From assembly GCF_001194135.2 (NCBI RefSeq), contig NC_069003.1:29476543-29540542 (forward strand): a stretch of 64,000 nt of DNA, in the 5' to 3' direction. This DNA comes from Octopus bimaculoides. Its lineage: Eukaryota. The position numbers and the translations under genes were made by a program. The notes under the pieces were generated by a model that did not search any database, was not told the DNA's origin, and saw only the letters and a program-made list of their open reading frames with translations. Below, one piece after another: positions 1 to 14,154 of this stretch (within the stretch, counting starts at the first letter, position 1; each line of letters starts with the position of its first letter).

Positions 1-39
<39 letters not shown>

Positions 40-53
40 TGAAAGAATCTTGT

Positions 54-100
<47 letters not shown>

Positions 101-259
101 GACGGGCTTCTTTCAGTTTCCGTCTACCAGGTCCACTCACATGGCTTTGGCCAGCCTGAGGCGGTAGCAGAAGATACTTGCCCAAGGTGCAATGCAGTGG
201 AACTGCACCACGAACCATGTGGTTGGGAACCAAGCTTCTTACCACACAGCCACACCTGC
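101..259 (-). mobile_element. tRNA-derived SINE family B, 5' half
   Basis: Reverse complement of the head and body of the full copy at 43341-43760 (gacgggcttctttcagtttccgtc...ttaccacacagccac). Confidence 0.85.
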
Positions 260-810
260 ACCTATGTGTGATGTCGAAAGATATGTTCGCAAATAGTTAT
301 GAATAGTAATATATATTTTTGCAGCAATTCTTTATTCTAAATCTATAACGCGTCGCCATGTAGAAAATGTTTTTTAAAAAATTTACAATCTTATTCCACA
401 AACCGACTCGTTATATCATGTATATTACAATAATCAAATTTATCTTTTCTGTTCAGTAACTGAGAACGTAAACAAAAATAATTGACTCATTATTTATTAT
501 CAAATCAGTAAAATTAAAACATCTGTTTTGTTTTTTTTAAATAAGTGTGCTTATATGATTGTGTGGCTACGATGTTTAACCTCGCAATCCTGGTAATTCG
601 TGTTCTATGCAACTGCGCGTTGCCGTCAGTTAGTATCTCTCTTCTACGATAGACTTGAGTTCATCACTATCAAGAATGTGTGTAAACCACTCATATACAG
701 TGGGTGCGTACATTTCATCAATCTCATTTTCTTATTTGAAATTTTTCCTATAAGGAAGAATTTGTTTTCTAAAAATTAAACAAAGCATCAACTCGAGTAG
801 CATACAAGAG

Positions 811-1020
811 GGCGGCGACGCTAGTAGAAACGTCAGCACGCCGGGTGAAAGATTTAGCGGTACTTCGTCTGTCTTTTTGTTCTGAGCTCAAATTCCGCCG
901 AGGTCGACTATGCCTTTTATCCTTTCGAGGTCTATAAATTAAGTACCAGTTGCATACTAGGATAAAATCGACTGGCCCCCTCCCCAGAAATTTCGGGCCT
1001 TGTGCCTAAAGTTTTTTGAA
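811..1020 (+). mobile_element. tRNA-derived SINE family A
   Basis: Head with B-box-like ctgagctcaaattcc, core ccttttatcctttcgaggtctataaattaagtaccag (resembles the Deu/Nin SINE core) and tail aaatttcgggccttgtgcc; many sister copies in the window. Confidence 0.85.
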
Positions 1021-1087
1021 AAATGAACTTTGAGGAACTATTCCATAGTTTTGCGTTGGTCTTACACTTTATAGTCGTAAGATACCT

Positions 1088-1288
1088 GAAGACGCGTGGC
1101 TTAGTGGTTAGAGGTATTCGGCTCGTGATCCTGAGGCCGTGAGTTCGATACCCAGTGGTGTGCTGTGCCCTCGAGCAAGACATTTTTTCTCGTTTCTCCA
1201 GTTCACTCACCTAGCAAAAATGAATCGTACCTGTATTTCAAAAAGCCAGCCTTGTCCCACCCTGTGTCACGTTGTAGCTCCTGGCACA
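1088..1288 (+). mobile_element. tRNA-derived SINE family C, 3'-truncated
   Basis: A-box tggcttagtggtt and B-box gagttcgatacc; body ctccagttcactcacctagc shared with copies at 42205 and 63560. Confidence 0.8.
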
Positions 1289-2339
1289 TTTTCCACCAGT
1301 AGACAGCCCCAGAGTTTCGATTTTCAAACTTATACATTTGCTAACAGAACTAAACTGAACAATAATTATTGCTATAAATGAGAATTTATATCGCAGGTGG
1401 AGGTGCTTATATATTTCGAGGCGGTTGTGTGTAAACGTTCGGTTTTTCATTGAGTCTTCAAATGATGCACAGTTCTGCTGGAAAGCTGACATCTATCCCC
1501 AACATTACGTCTGTAATCTGAGTCAAACTACTACATCAGGTCTATTATATTTTCACTTTGCAAAACTTTGAAGGGGAAAGTTCCACTATCATTGTTTTAA
1601 CGGCTATTTATTTAATAACGCGTAATAACTATACCTAACCTAAAACTGCCATATTAACGGTTGTTATTGTTCGTTATTTCAGCACAATATTATGCTGCAT
1701 CGAACAACAAGACCATGCCTCATAGAAAGGCAGTAAATTAATGACATTTGAGAAAGGGAAATGCAATATAATTACCATATTCAGTGACATCTTTGGGTTT
1801 CTTTTATGCCTCAGTGAAACTATAGCTAGCATTTGCTCTTGGATTGCGAAAACGTAGCTTTCAAAACGTGATTGATGTAACGGTCACAAGTTTAAAATGG
1901 TCTGCATTTCATATTAAAGTAGCATCGTTATCGAATTTATAGAAAACAGACTCGTCATAACGCTCTTTCTAAATGCAAAATGTTTTTCTTCCATGAAGAT
2001 TTCTTATGGCTAAGTTTCATTTATCAACAGAAAATATTCAGAGTAAAACTGTTTTCCATTAATGTAAATATTTCTAATTTAGGTCTTTAGATCGTTCAAA
2101 AGAAAGTGTTAGAGTTTCTTGCTGTTTAAGTTCCGAGGATATACAACATAGAAATTCCTTTTTGAAATGAGTGTGTATTTAATGCTAGAGGGGACAGAAT
2201 CATAGGAAGACATGAATATATATTTTGAATAATAATGACTTGTAGGTATGTTATAATGAACACAAACGTTAGGCGTTCAGTAAGAAGTGTGACCATTATT
2301 GCTTGAATGTTTGAGTATTTTAATAAAAATAACTAAGAA

Positions 2340-3330
2340 ACGACGAGTGGATAGAATAATCTAATTTCTTTTTGTCAACATATCTTACCCCCATTTCGAC
2401 ATTTTTGTTTCTTTAATCACCTTTGTTCTTCCACTTTATTCTTGAAAGTTATTTTTCAAGTTATTCGGCGCATTCCTATACAACATTCTTTCTGGTGGTC
2501 CAGTATCCCCGACTTTATTGTACTGTCAATAGTCTTGGTTGAGATACCTCATGCAAACTTTACATAGTTTTCACTCTAGGTGTGAACTACAATTTTGTTC
2601 CTACATCAACCAATGAGATATGACAAACTAGCATGAGACAATTCTATTCAATATCCATATTAGCAACTCTTTGTAAAATGTTAACAGTCTGCCAGCATCT
2701 ATCTGGGTGTCTTCTATGTAGACTACCCATTATGTAGTTTTCCAGAGCTCTGGTAACAGTTTGTTCATTATTTAAATTGTAGTGCCGAGGCTGGTAGAAT
2801 ATTCTTTCTTCTTCACATAAAGCTATGATGTATTCTAATTAACTCTTTATTATTTCATAGCTTAGATCAAACTGATTGAAGCTCTTCTTTAGAGTTCTTA
2901 TACGACTATATTGATTTTGTTAATTCTTCAACGTACATTTTGTGGAACTCAAAACAAAATTTACGGTTAGTGCTCTAGTCGCTAGAACGTTTTTTTTTTA
3001 TTTCTTTTCTTGTGATAACGATGTTTTCTGTTCAGTGACTTTAAGTTCTTGTTTCAAAGCTATTAATGTTCCCTCAAATGCTTGATGTATGGAACCGCCG
3101 TATAATTTTGTCAGTTCTTTCATTTTTTTTAACGTAAATTGTAAATGTTATGCTAAAAAGTTATTAATCATTTGCAACCGTATGGCTGAGTTAGATGCCT
3201 GATTCTCTGATGTAAATTATGTTCTTTTATTCTAGATTTTTTTTTTTACTTGTGTTGCTTCGTTTGAGTTATTTCGTTACTTTCTGAGCTGCAAGTATCT
3301 CCTTGGTGACCCTCAGACATCAGCTGTATG
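2340..3330 (-). mobile_element. Decayed RTE-type LINE, linker and RT N-terminal region
   Basis: Minus-strand translation gives VTRALEKLHNG (cf. EV..A...LKNGK.PG) and ISTKTIDSTIKSGILDHQKE, with many stops. Confidence 0.55.
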
Positions 3331-3927
3331 ATAGAACGCTGTAAATACGTATATATTTAGGAACTGTTGGGTGGGCGGTTGACTGAATGGATGGATGTTT
3401 GAGTATATTTTGATGGGACAATTATTCAGTAACTGTTTCGTAAGGAAAAGAATCTCTTCACCATTCTTTCATATGTAAGGAGATTTTTGCAGCTGTCTAG
3501 TGTCTCTGATACAGAAACACTTTATAGCATATCATACAGAGAGCTGGGCTTCTTGCCTTTCAGATTCAGCCACATTTTATTCCAATCACTGACAGATTTA
3601 CGTGCTTTAATGGAAATATTGAAGGCTTAATATTGTAACGTTTTAGGTAACTCTCATTCACTACAAACTTCGCAAATTAGAAAGAACTTTCTTACAAAAA
3701 ACGCTCCCACGTGGACTATGTTGACACCAGTAAGGAAAAATTATGAACTTTTCTTCTAATTAAGTTTTTTTAAATATGTATTTTTGATGAGGTTCGTCTT
3801 TTTCAAGAACCGAAACATGTTAAATATCTCTGAGAAAATTATAAATTAAAATTCATTTTTTATATATTGGAGTTTTCAAACTTCTTTTTTTATAAATATA
3901 TACCCACTCGTATGTCACCAACACTTT

Positions 3928-3961
<34 letters not shown>

Positions 3962-4351
3962 NNNNNNNNNNNNNNNNNNNNNNNNNNNNNNNNNNNNNNN
4001 NNNNNNNNNNNNNNNNNNNNNNNNNNNNNNNNNNNNNNNNNNNNNNNNNNNNNNNNNNNNNNNNNNNNNNNNNNNNNNNNNNNNNNNNNNNNNNNNNNNN
4101 NNNNNNNNNNNNNNNNNNNNNNNNNNNNNNNNNNNNNNNNNNNNNNNNNNNNNNNNNNNNNNNNNNNNNNNNNNNNNNNNNNNNNNNNNNNNNNNNNNNN
4201 NNNNNNNNNNNNNNNNNNNNNNNNNNNNNNNNNNNNNNNNNNNNNNNNNNNNNNNNNNNNNNNNNNNNNNNNNNNNNNNNNNNNNNNNNNNNNNNNNNNN
4301 NNNNNNNNNNNNNNNNNNNNNNNNNNNNNNNNNNNNNNNNNNNNNNNNNNN
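3962..4351. other. Assembly gap
   Basis: N-run flanked by (AT)n. Confidence 1.
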
Positions 4352-4384
<33 letters not shown>

Positions 4385-5034
4385 ACACTCTCTTGATTAC
4401 CTTTTTAATAGTGCTTTTATCAGATCATTGTTTTCAGTTGTTGTTTTTTTATTTTCTTTTATATTCATATCTGTAATTGCGCAATAACTCAACAAATATC
4501 ATATAATTACGTCAATAATATATTTTATAGAAACAGACCTAAACCATAATACCACTAATTCTCTCTTTAATAATACAGATCAATATTGATGCGAACATTC
4601 TTAACAACACAAATACATTCACTTCGTTTATGTATCACATATTTGGTTCTACGTACATTAAACGGTTTCGTTTATACCTTTTGTTGTCCACCCTAGTTGT
4701 CGAAGCGGGTGGTCGAGATCATTCTGCAACTAATCTTCTGAAATGTGTTCAATGAGAGATGTAATTTGATTTCGGAAATGAAATTCGATTCGTTAGTTAA
4801 ATAGATTAACAATTACGCTGTAGGTTGAAGGCCACAATGACTGTTTCATGTTCAGATTTTTCCTCATTATGTATTGGATTATTCTCGTTATGTATTGGAT
4901 ATCCCTTTAAGGATTCACAATAAAGAGAAATAAGATAGGCTTGAAGATAAAACGTTATCAGCAATTGCTATATATATATATATATATATACATACATACA
5001 TAAATCTGTATATATATATACATATACATGTATA

Positions 5035-5954
5035 NNNNNNNNNNNNNNNNNNNNNNNNNNNNNNNNNNNNNNNNNNNNNNNNNNNNNNNNNNNNNNNNNN
5101 NNNNNNNNNNNNNNNNNNNNNNNNNNNNNNNNNNNNNNNNNNNNNNNNNNNNNNNNNNNNNNNNNNNNNNNNNNNNNNNNNNNNNNNNNNNNNNNNNNNN
5201 NNNNNNNNNNNNNNNNNNNNNNNNNNNNNNNNNNNNNNNNNNNNNNNNNNNNNNNNNNNNNNNNNNNNNNNNNNNNNNNNNNNNNNNNNNNNNNNNNNNN
5301 NNNNNNNNNNNNNNNNNNNNNNNNNNNNNNNNNNNNNNNNNNNNNNNNNNNNNNNNNNNNNNNNNNNNNNNNNNNNNNNNNNNNNNNNNNNNNNNNNNNN
5401 NNNNNNNNNNNNNNNNNNNNNNNNNNNNNNNNNNNNNNNNNNNNNNNNNNNNNNNNNNNNNNNNNNNNNNNNNNNNNNNNNNNNNNNNNNNNNNNNNNNN
5501 NNNNNNNNNNNNNNNNNNNNNNNNNNNNNNNNNNNNNNNNNNNNNNNNNNNNNNNNNNNNNNNNNNNNNNNNNNNNNNNNNNNNNNNNNNNNNNNNNNNN
5601 NNNNNNNNNNNNNNNNNNNNNNNNNNNNNNNNNNNNNNNNNNNNNNNNNNNNNNNNNNNNNNNNNNNNNNNNNNNNNNNNNNNNNNNNNNNNNNNNNNNN
5701 NNNNNNNNNNNNNNNNNNNNNNNNNNNNNNNNNNNNNNNNNNNNNNNNNNNNNNNNNNNNNNNNNNNNNNNNNNNNNNNNNNNNNNNNNNNNNNNNNNNN
5801 NNNNNNNNNNNNNNNNNNNNNNNNNNNNNNNNNNNNNNNNNNNNNNNNNNNNNNNNNNNNNNNNNNNNNNNNNNNNNNNNNNNNNNNNNNNNNNNNNNNN
5901 NNNNNNNNNNNNNNNNNNNNNNNNNNNNNNNNNNNNNNNNNNNNNNNNNNNNNN
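5035..5954. other. Assembly gap
   Basis: N-run. Confidence 1.
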
Positions 5955-6059
5955 TGGGCGGCTTTTAAGCGAGCTCCTGTGGAGAGCTCTTCATTGGTCC
6001 TTCGCCCCAACCAGGACACTTCGTGCATTGAGTACATATTAATTTTATTACATTTAAAC

Positions 6060-6420
6060 CCTCTCTTTCTCTCACTCTATCTTTATGTTGATTATTTTCA
6101 ACCATCACCATCACCTGTACCACCATCATCGCCACCACAACTGCCATACACACACCATTCAGACTTCTCACTCCGCCACCATCAATACCCTTGTCTTTAC
6201 CGCCTTCCCCTCCACCACCATCACCACTGTCTTCCACATCACTTCCTATCACCGTCATCCCTGACCGCCTCGTTTACCACCACAAGCACCATCTTCACCG
6301 TCGTCTCCGCCTCTATCACAATTACAGCTCATGCTATTACTATCATCTCATCACCATAACAACCGTCAGTCTAATACCACCCTCACTGACAATAGGTCTA
6401 CTATTACTCTCACCCCAGCT
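6060..6420. repeat. Low-complexity (CAT/CAC)n-rich tract
   Basis: Degenerate cat/cac/cca triplets; explains the His/Pro/Thr-rich ORFs in the track. Confidence 0.85.
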
Positions 6421-6559
6421 GGAGGAATAGTAGAAGTGTCATTGAATAGTGAGAGAGAGGGCGAAAGTGTGACGCACTGACACATAGAAATACATTTTGG
6501 CATGTATTATTATATATAGGTGGGGGGGGGGTATTCACTGGCATCAGACACACATGAAG

Positions 6560-6926
6560 ATAGAATCTGCCCCTTAAGGTAATCTGCAATGATATAATAA
6601 ATCAAAGTGCTCTCTTCAACGGTTGCAAAAGACTCCTAAAGAAACCATCCAGAGATTGCGTTACCTTTGTGTGTTCAGAACAGCAGATCCGTTTGAAGAA
6701 GAAGAAACTTTCTAAGAGCAGTGAAAAGTGGAACGTCTATTGGAAGGTCACTGCAGATTTACCAGGGGGCCAAGGATTCCTTCTCATTCCAGTTTCGAAG
6801 AAACAGGATATCATCATATGGTGTGAAAGAAAGAGATCGGTATATCTCGTCGAGTCAACGGCTACTCATGAAGATAACATAGTCACCGCTCTGGCACGAA
6901 AGAGTGACCATTATGAAAACCTTTGA
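6560..6926 (+). mobile_element. Decayed RLE-type non-LTR retrotransposon 3' end (Hero-like)
   Basis: WKVTADLPGGQGFLLIPVSKKQDIIIWCERKRSVYLVESTATHEDNIVTALARKSDHYENL matches the restriction-like endonuclease pattern W...DL...RPD+V+W...K.V.LVELTVP.E.N...A..RK...Y..L; PD-(D/E)xK core mutated. Confidence 0.75.
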
Positions 6927-6929
6927 GTT

Positions 6930-7075
6930 TTTGTTTGACCCGACCACCACTTGACAACAGGTGTTGGCGCATTTACGTCTCCGTAACTTAGTGGCTTGGC
7001 TAAAAAGACTGAAAAAAATAAGTGCTAGACATTAAGAAACAATTCGTAGGGTCGAGTTGTTCGATTAAAACACGA
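6930..7075 (+). mobile_element. SINE family B, 3' half
   Basis: cttgacaacaggtgttggcgcatttacgtctccgtaacttagtgg matches the 3' half of 43341-43760. Confidence 0.75.
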
Positions 7076-7190
7076 AGACAAATGAGTAAAACAAATTAAA
7101 GAGAGGGAAAATATAAAAAATATGTTTGAATGATTGCATAATTGTATACGTATATACAGTGTGTATGCATGTATATATATATATATATAT

Positions 7191-8128
7191 NNNNNNNNNN
7201 NNNNNNNNNNNNNNNNNNNNNNNNNNNNNNNNNNNNNNNNNNNNNNNNNNNNNNNNNNNNNNNNNNNNNNNNNNNNNNNNNNNNNNNNNNNNNNNNNNNN
7301 NNNNNNNNNNNNNNNNNNNNNNNNNNNNNNNNNNNNNNNNNNNNNNNNNNNNNNNNNNNNNNNNNNNNNNNNNNNNNNNNNNNNNNNNNNNNNNNNNNNN
7401 NNNNNNNNNNNNNNNNNNNNNNNNNNNNNNNNNNNNNNNNNNNNNNNNNNNNNNNNNNNNNNNNNNNNNNNNNNNNNNNNNNNNNNNNNNNNNNNNNNNN
7501 NNNNNNNNNNNNNNNNNNNNNNNNNNNNNNNNNNNNNNNNNNNNNNNNNNNNNNNNNNNNNNNNNNNNNNNNNNNNNNNNNNNNNNNNNNNNNNNNNNNN
7601 NNNNNNNNNNNNNNNNNNNNNNNNNNNNNNNNNNNNNNNNNNNNNNNNNNNNNNNNNNNNNNNNNNNNNNNNNNNNNNNNNNNNNNNNNNNNNNNNNNNN
7701 NNNNNNNNNNNNNNNNNNNNNNNNNNNNNNNNNNNNNNNNNNNNNNNNNNNNNNNNNNNNNNNNNNNNNNNNNNNNNNNNNNNNNNNNNNNNNNNNNNNN
7801 NNNNNNNNNNNNNNNNNNNNNNNNNNNNNNNNNNNNNNNNNNNNNNNNNNNNNNNNNNNNNNNNNNNNNNNNNNNNNNNNNNNNNNNNNNNNNNNNNNNN
7901 NNNNNNNNNNNNNNNNNNNNNNNNNNNNNNNNNNNNNNNNNNNNNNNNNNNNNNNNNNNNNNNNNNNNNNNNNNNNNNNNNNNNNNNNNNNNNNNNNNNN
8001 NNNNNNNNNNNNNNNNNNNNNNNNNNNNNNNNNNNNNNNNNNNNNNNNNNNNNNNNNNNNNNNNNNNNNNNNNNNNNNNNNNNNNNNNNNNNNNNNNNNN
8101 NNNNNNNNNNNNNNNNNNNNNNNNNNNN
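7191..8128. other. Assembly gap
   Basis: N-run. Confidence 1.
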
Positions 8129-8212
8129 ATACATATATGTTCCTGAGCGTTATACTAATACATCTGTTTGTTTTCTACACCACCTGTCTCCGTCTGTTTT
8201 TGTGTGAATTTT

Positions 8213-8250
<38 letters not shown>

Positions 8251-9299
8251 GACACATATAAGTATAATGATTTAACATAAAAATATTACTTTAGGTTAGT
8301 TTATTTCCTTTTTTAACAATGTACTAAGCTAAATCCTTTATATCTGTTTACGACAACTTCTTTGTTGCCATTAGCTGTTTTCAAACATAAATCATTTCTT
8401 CTATATAACTTTAATCAACAGCAAGTAAAAACAAAACTGATTTGGTTTTTTTTCTTTTTTTTTTTTCTTTTTTTTTTTCAAACTTATACTATTTCAATAT
8501 AAAAATGTCATTTATTTGTATTCCCAATATATTTCAAACCTGAGATTCCGAAGTGTAATATGTGAAACTTAATTTCCCACGTTCGATACTGAGAGAATAA
8601 CCATTAATAACTGTGTCAACTCTGATGATCTGACGAAGTGTCGAAAATTTGTTTCAATTACTTCCTCTAGAATGAAATGAGTTCTTGAACGTTACACAGC
8701 AATCTTGTGAAACAAAAAATCAATTTACTTAGTTACGCAGTGAAAGGATTTAAATGTAACGCGATTTATCAAACTAAGAAAACTTATTTACGACATGGCG
8801 AATGAACAGAACCATTAGAATGTAAGGGCAATAGGACAAAATATCTTGTAGTATATCGTTCGGCTTTATGCAATCTGAGTTCGTATCTCACCGAAGTCAA
8901 CTTTCACTTTCATCGTTTGAAAAACAATTAAACAAAATACCCGAACATGATGATGGAGTTCGCAAAATTATAACAATACCGGACAAAATGTCTCGCGGTA
9001 TATGGTGCGGCTATTTACGTTAGTAGCATTCTGAGTAGAAAACTTTATCCATCACTTGGTTTATTAGCCCAAGCTCGTCCCTTAGTTGCGGCGAAAACCT
9101 AAACTACAACGAATTTGAACCACGGAGAACGTTTCCGTGCACCTACTCGTAAAGTTTTTTTTTTTATATACTGAACATACACAGTGGTGGTTATTTATTG
9201 GAAATAAACAAAGTCCATTACATATTAGATATGCATAGGCTTTGTCATGTATTGTACATATATTTAGCGTTTGTTACAGATAAGACATACGTATCGTTT

Positions 9300-10870
9300 C
9301 ACAACACACTCCATTAATCCAGGCAAGGGACTTTGAGAAACTGCAATGTTCCTACCTGTTTTTTTTTTCCTTTCAGTTATTGCTGTCCACGGATCAATAG
9401 TATTAAACAAGAATCCTGCCTCTTGTTTATTGAAATCATTCAACAAATTATGCTATAATGTGTTATTAAACAAACACAGGCAACATTTCTCAAATTCAAA
9501 TCCATCTGAGAGGTAACAATCATCCATATCCGACATTTATTCATCACATTGACACACGTTCGCAGCAAACCATTCTAACATTTCACCTTCCAAACTCCAT
9601 CCATATCTACATTATCAACGGTTTCTTCAGTTTCTACACAAGCCATTATCAACGCTTGTCTGAATTCAACGTGTTGCTGCATTGTGTACAAGAGCAAAAA
9701 TAATTGATCTAACAAATTTATTCTTCATTCTATGGTGTTCTTTCAAATACAAACTTTTTCCTGTACAATATCACAAAACTGAAAATATTCAGTACCATGC
9801 TGCTTACATATACACTTCCTAGCTTATATCCTCTCGGAGATTTAACTTTTTGCGGTACCCTATTCACTACACCACCCTTTAAATATTCGGCTATTTGCTA
9901 CCTGTTCCACATATTGTGATTATTTTGCTTACATGTCTTTCTTTTGGCATTTCTTTTGCTTTTCCTAATCCATGATCCTTTCGTTTTCTACTTGTTTTAA
10001 TGGTTCTTCCTACATCCGCAATAGATATTTCATATGCAGTTAACATCCGGCTCCGTCTGACATTCAAGAGTTATATTTCTTACATTAGCCGTTTCGCTTA
10101 TGACTGTTTCACATCATTTTTTTCCTTCTTTCTCAGGTGATTATATCAGTAGTTATTAGCCACCACCCCCACCGTACTGTAGAGATAGTAATCACTGATG
10201 GTCATGTTGATCTCTTTTAATTTACGTGTATTATCATTATTGTATAAGCGTTTCCATTTCTTACAGTGTTTACGGCATGGAGTAATTTATCACCTCCATC
10301 AGCTTTTCCTTCCGAGAATCTTTTTTAACTTTTCTTGAACACACTTTTTTTGCTGCTCGGTTGAAAGTACAATATTTACGCAGCTTTTCTACTTGAAATC
10401 TAACTTATTCGTTCTACATCCAATAATTCGTTCTTGTTCTATTCATACCTTAATAATTTCTCATGTATTCTGCAAAATCCATTTTCTTCTTTTTATCCGT
10501 ATTAGGAGCAGGAATGCCTTTGGCTACATTCATGAATACATTCTTCAAAAAATCCCATAGGCTATTAATATCTTCATCGTTATCTATAGCTTAAAGCACT
10601 ACAAATCGATTTCAACATTGAATAACAAATTTACAAATTCACACTTACTTCTCTCATTCTTCCCCTTCTAAGTATCGAGCCTTGTAAAAAGCTTGCTAAC
10701 CTCCTATATTCGTTTCCTATGTCTGAACCTTGATATGTTCAAACATCTAGCAGTGATCATTATGTTATGTAACCCATTTATAGAAATGGCATATATTCGA
10801 TTACTGTGCGTTTTTTATCTTGAGGTGATCGAATGTCGTTGTGTTCAAAGGTGGAACATTCTGTGATGGT
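9300..10870 (-). mobile_element. Decayed RTE-clade LINE (APE C-terminus, linker, RT N-terminus)
   Basis: Minus strand: SLLDV*TYQGSDIG (APE end, about 10740), LWDFLKNVFMNVAKGIPAPNTDKKKKWI (linker, about 10500), DQLFLLLYTMQQHVEFRQALIMACVETEETVDNVDMDGVWKV (RT, cf. DQIFTLRQIIEQ..EF.QPL...F+DYEKAFDSVD...LW.V, about 9580-9710). Confidence 0.8.
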
Positions 10871-12537
10871 ATTATTGAAGTTGATCTTTCTTACTTCATT
10901 ATTATTATGAATGTGTGTACAGTTATGTGAGGGTGAGAAAGAACGAAAGAGAGAGAGAGAGAGAGATTTACATATACGTGTTATGTTGTTGGAGGGGTGT
11001 GTAGATGTGCATATATGAAACTACTGGCTAAAAAAAACAGTTCAGTTTTGAAACCATGTTGGGACTACTTCATTATACTTCAAAATACCATAAAAAAACA
11101 GAACATGCAGAACTCTATTAATATGAAATAGTATTACCATAAACATGATTACTTTACGTAGACGTAATACCAATTCTGAATACGTCTAGGCAGGTCGAGA
11201 TGCAGAATATTCTGGTCGTTGTTGTGTACGTTGTAGGAGAAAAATTCATTTTTACGACGACATTGATTTCAACACACTAGGCTCATTGGCGCACGGCATT
11301 CAGGGATACAAGTGTTCCGCTATGTCGTGTCTCATCAGCCAAAAGTAGCCGCAGCTTTGAGTTTCAACGAAGCAGCTGGCTTTGTTTATACTTTCATGAA
11401 CAAATTGCTTGCTGATCGCTGCGTATAATTGCCTACCGATGATAATAATCGTTATGTTATATAACCTAAAATTGTGTCGCTAATTCGAAGGAAAGGGAAC
11501 ATCTTTCTTCTACAACATTTAGAACATTTATTGAAATATAACTCATAGCTACGTCATACACGATTATTTTTCTTCCAACTGACAACAGCGGATCCTCCAC
11601 GTCATCTTTTACTTTCTAAGAAACATAAGCTAAGTCTACCTCAAAACATATCCACTTATCTGAAACAGAACAGGGATGTATTGAACATAGTCCTTGATAG
11701 AAAAAAATACAGAATTATTTCAGGCCCATAATCATAGGTCTTATTCATAGCGGCTAAATTAATGGCAAATATCGAAAACGACGACGATGGCATCGATAAC
11801 GATAACAACAACAACTACATCAAACACGTTTCTTATGCAGGTGAGATATGTTGTAGCTGTTGAGAATGTTTATAAGATTATTCAACTTGCTAGAAACAGC
11901 AGGAAAATATGTTCCTCCGATACATCTACAACGTGCTGAATATAAGACTGTATTGCCATGGCTGGTAGATTTGCTGAAACGGAATTAGATGAAGTTTACT
12001 CCACAACTCCGCAAAGAATTTAATTAATGTCAAGTGATTAGAAACTAATACCAGCATTTCTGTATTAAACCATAAAGAAAAAGTACAAAAATATATCCCA
12101 TGAGTAACATTTCTACTGAAAATTGGCCGTTTTGTATTGATGTCGGTTATATGAGATTAACGGAATTATTTACAAATTATAAATATTTCTTACAAATACA
12201 ACATTTTATTACTTGTAAAATAAATATCACTACAGAAATTCTGTGATTTCCTTTTAGGTAAATACATTTTGAATAACCTTAGTCTGAAGAGACAAATCGA
12301 AATTTATTACAAATGGTTTTATTTTATATAACATCATCAATTATTTATTTATTCTGAAAGATAAATTGGAATTAATGGGGGGAAATATTTAATGCGTTAC
12401 AGTAAAATATAATCAGATTAAGAAGTAAGGATAAAACGTGCAAACAATGGCGCTTGTTCAGTATTACACTAACTCCTGAAATACTAGCAGAACTTTCCAC
12501 ATGTGGTTCTCTCCCTAAAAAGATATTGTAATTATGG

Positions 12538-12578
<41 letters not shown>

Positions 12579-12627
12579 GTCTGTATGTATTATTATTATC
12601 ATTATTATTATGATTATTATTATTATT

Positions 12628-12745
12628 GACTGAGATAGCAGTGCATGCCTTTAAATTGACACGAGGTAAAATATATGAAGATTATTATACCCATCATGAC
12701 TACCTGTCTGATAAGGGTACACGAGGCATACACGTCACACGAGGC
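12628..12745. repeat. Dispersed repeat fragment with an 18-bp internal duplication
   Basis: tatacccatcatgactacctgtctgataagggtacac; a shorter related piece lies at about 21147-21190; acacgaggcatacac occurs twice. Confidence 0.5.
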
Positions 12746-12749
12746 ATAC

Positions 12750-12850
12750 ACATCGAGCAAATCGACCCCGGGACTAATTCTTTTTAAGCCTAGTACTTAT
12801 TCTATCGGTCTATCTTGCCGAACCGCTAAGTGTTACGGGGACGTGAACAG
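12750..12850 (-). mobile_element. SINE family B, 3' fragment
   Basis: tcgagcaaatcgaccccgggact...agcctagtacttattctatcggtc...ttacggggacgt. Confidence 0.8.
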
Positions 12851-13615
12851 ACCTGAGCCCAAAATCATATCTTTGAGAAGTAAATTTCTTTTCACAGAGA
12901 AGACACGCACGCCTGCGCCTAAAATAACCACATCATTTTTTTTTTAACTAAAGGTTGACCAAGTGGTAAACAAACTCATCAACTCCTCCGAAATCAATTC
13001 GTGACTCTCACAAATTCATTGTCCAACTGAAATGTCAAATCACGCCACTGTCTACTCGTAACGAATTACCTTTCTTTATTCTTGTTTGTACAGAACCTAT
13101 GTTGCTTAAGGTTAATAACCCATGCTATATAGATATATTTAATATATTTCCATGTAATATCACGATTATAGTTTGTTAACTCCAAAATACTGAATAAATA
13201 TATTCCTATCTTTGTAAAAGTTAAACGCCATTCTGCACTGCTAACTTCTCGTCACGACCTGTCTTTCTATATTGTTTTCTTAATTTAATAGTGGGAATAT
13301 TTCTACGAAGAAAACGTTCTTAGTTTTCATACAAATTCACAATTAGAATTTGTTTACTCCAAATTATTACATAAACATTTTCCTATCTTCATAAATAGAT
13401 TGTTTCGAAAATTTCATGAGTTTTCTACCATTTTACTTGTCTGACATGTCCCAATGGCACTAAATTTTCTTAGGTTTTATCCAAGCCTATTCATAAGTTT
13501 TACGTATAGTCATTTCAATACAATGGTGCCAACAGGCTACGTTAAAGATAGCGCGTTGACAAATGCAGGCCATTCAAACAAGTCTAAAGTAAGCGTAGTA
13601 CGATCTTTCTTTTGT

Positions 13616-13800
13616 CTTTTACTTGTTTCAGTCATTATACTGCGACCATGCTAGAGTACCAACTTGAACAATTTCAGTTCAAACTATCGTTCCCAGGAGT
13701 TATATTTTGTAAAGCCTGGGACTTATTCTATCGGTGTCCTTGGCCGAACGACTAAATTACGGGGACGTAAGCACACCAAGTCACCGGTGGTTAAGGACAA
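13616..13800 (-). mobile_element. SINE family B, 3' half
   Basis: ttttacttgtttcagtcatt tail and acttattctatcggt...ttacggggacgtaa core. Confidence 0.8.
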
Positions 13801-14154
13801 ATACTTACACAAAGACACACATATGTAATTATGTTATTAATCGTATATATCTAGTAGTTATGTCAAGAGGAAAACATTTAGTTTTAAATCTCTGAGCGAG
13901 ATGTTACTCTATACTTTTGTTATATCCTATTATATAAATTTAAATAATAAGGGTGAACAATTGAATATTAATTTGATTAATATCAATTTAAAACCAGTGG
14001 CCTAGCAAATTGAAAAAATCTGAAGATTCAGAAAAATTATATTACATATATATAAGAGAGATGACCACTAAGTGGACATCCATTTTGCTAGACGTAGACC
14101 ACCTAGGGTCTGACCACTAAGAAAATATTGTTCTCAAGAAAATTCAGCAAACAC

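Noticed and set aside
4679-4737. Minus-strand exon-like unit (..LQNDLDHPLRQLGWTTK/gtataa)
   Set aside because: All frames from the strong acceptor contain stops and there are no partner exons.
11250-11345. Minus-strand CTGATGA...GAAA hammerhead-like spacing
   Set aside because: Stem II would need a loop of about 50 nt and a G-U closing pair, stems I and III are poor, and there is a single copy; likely chance.
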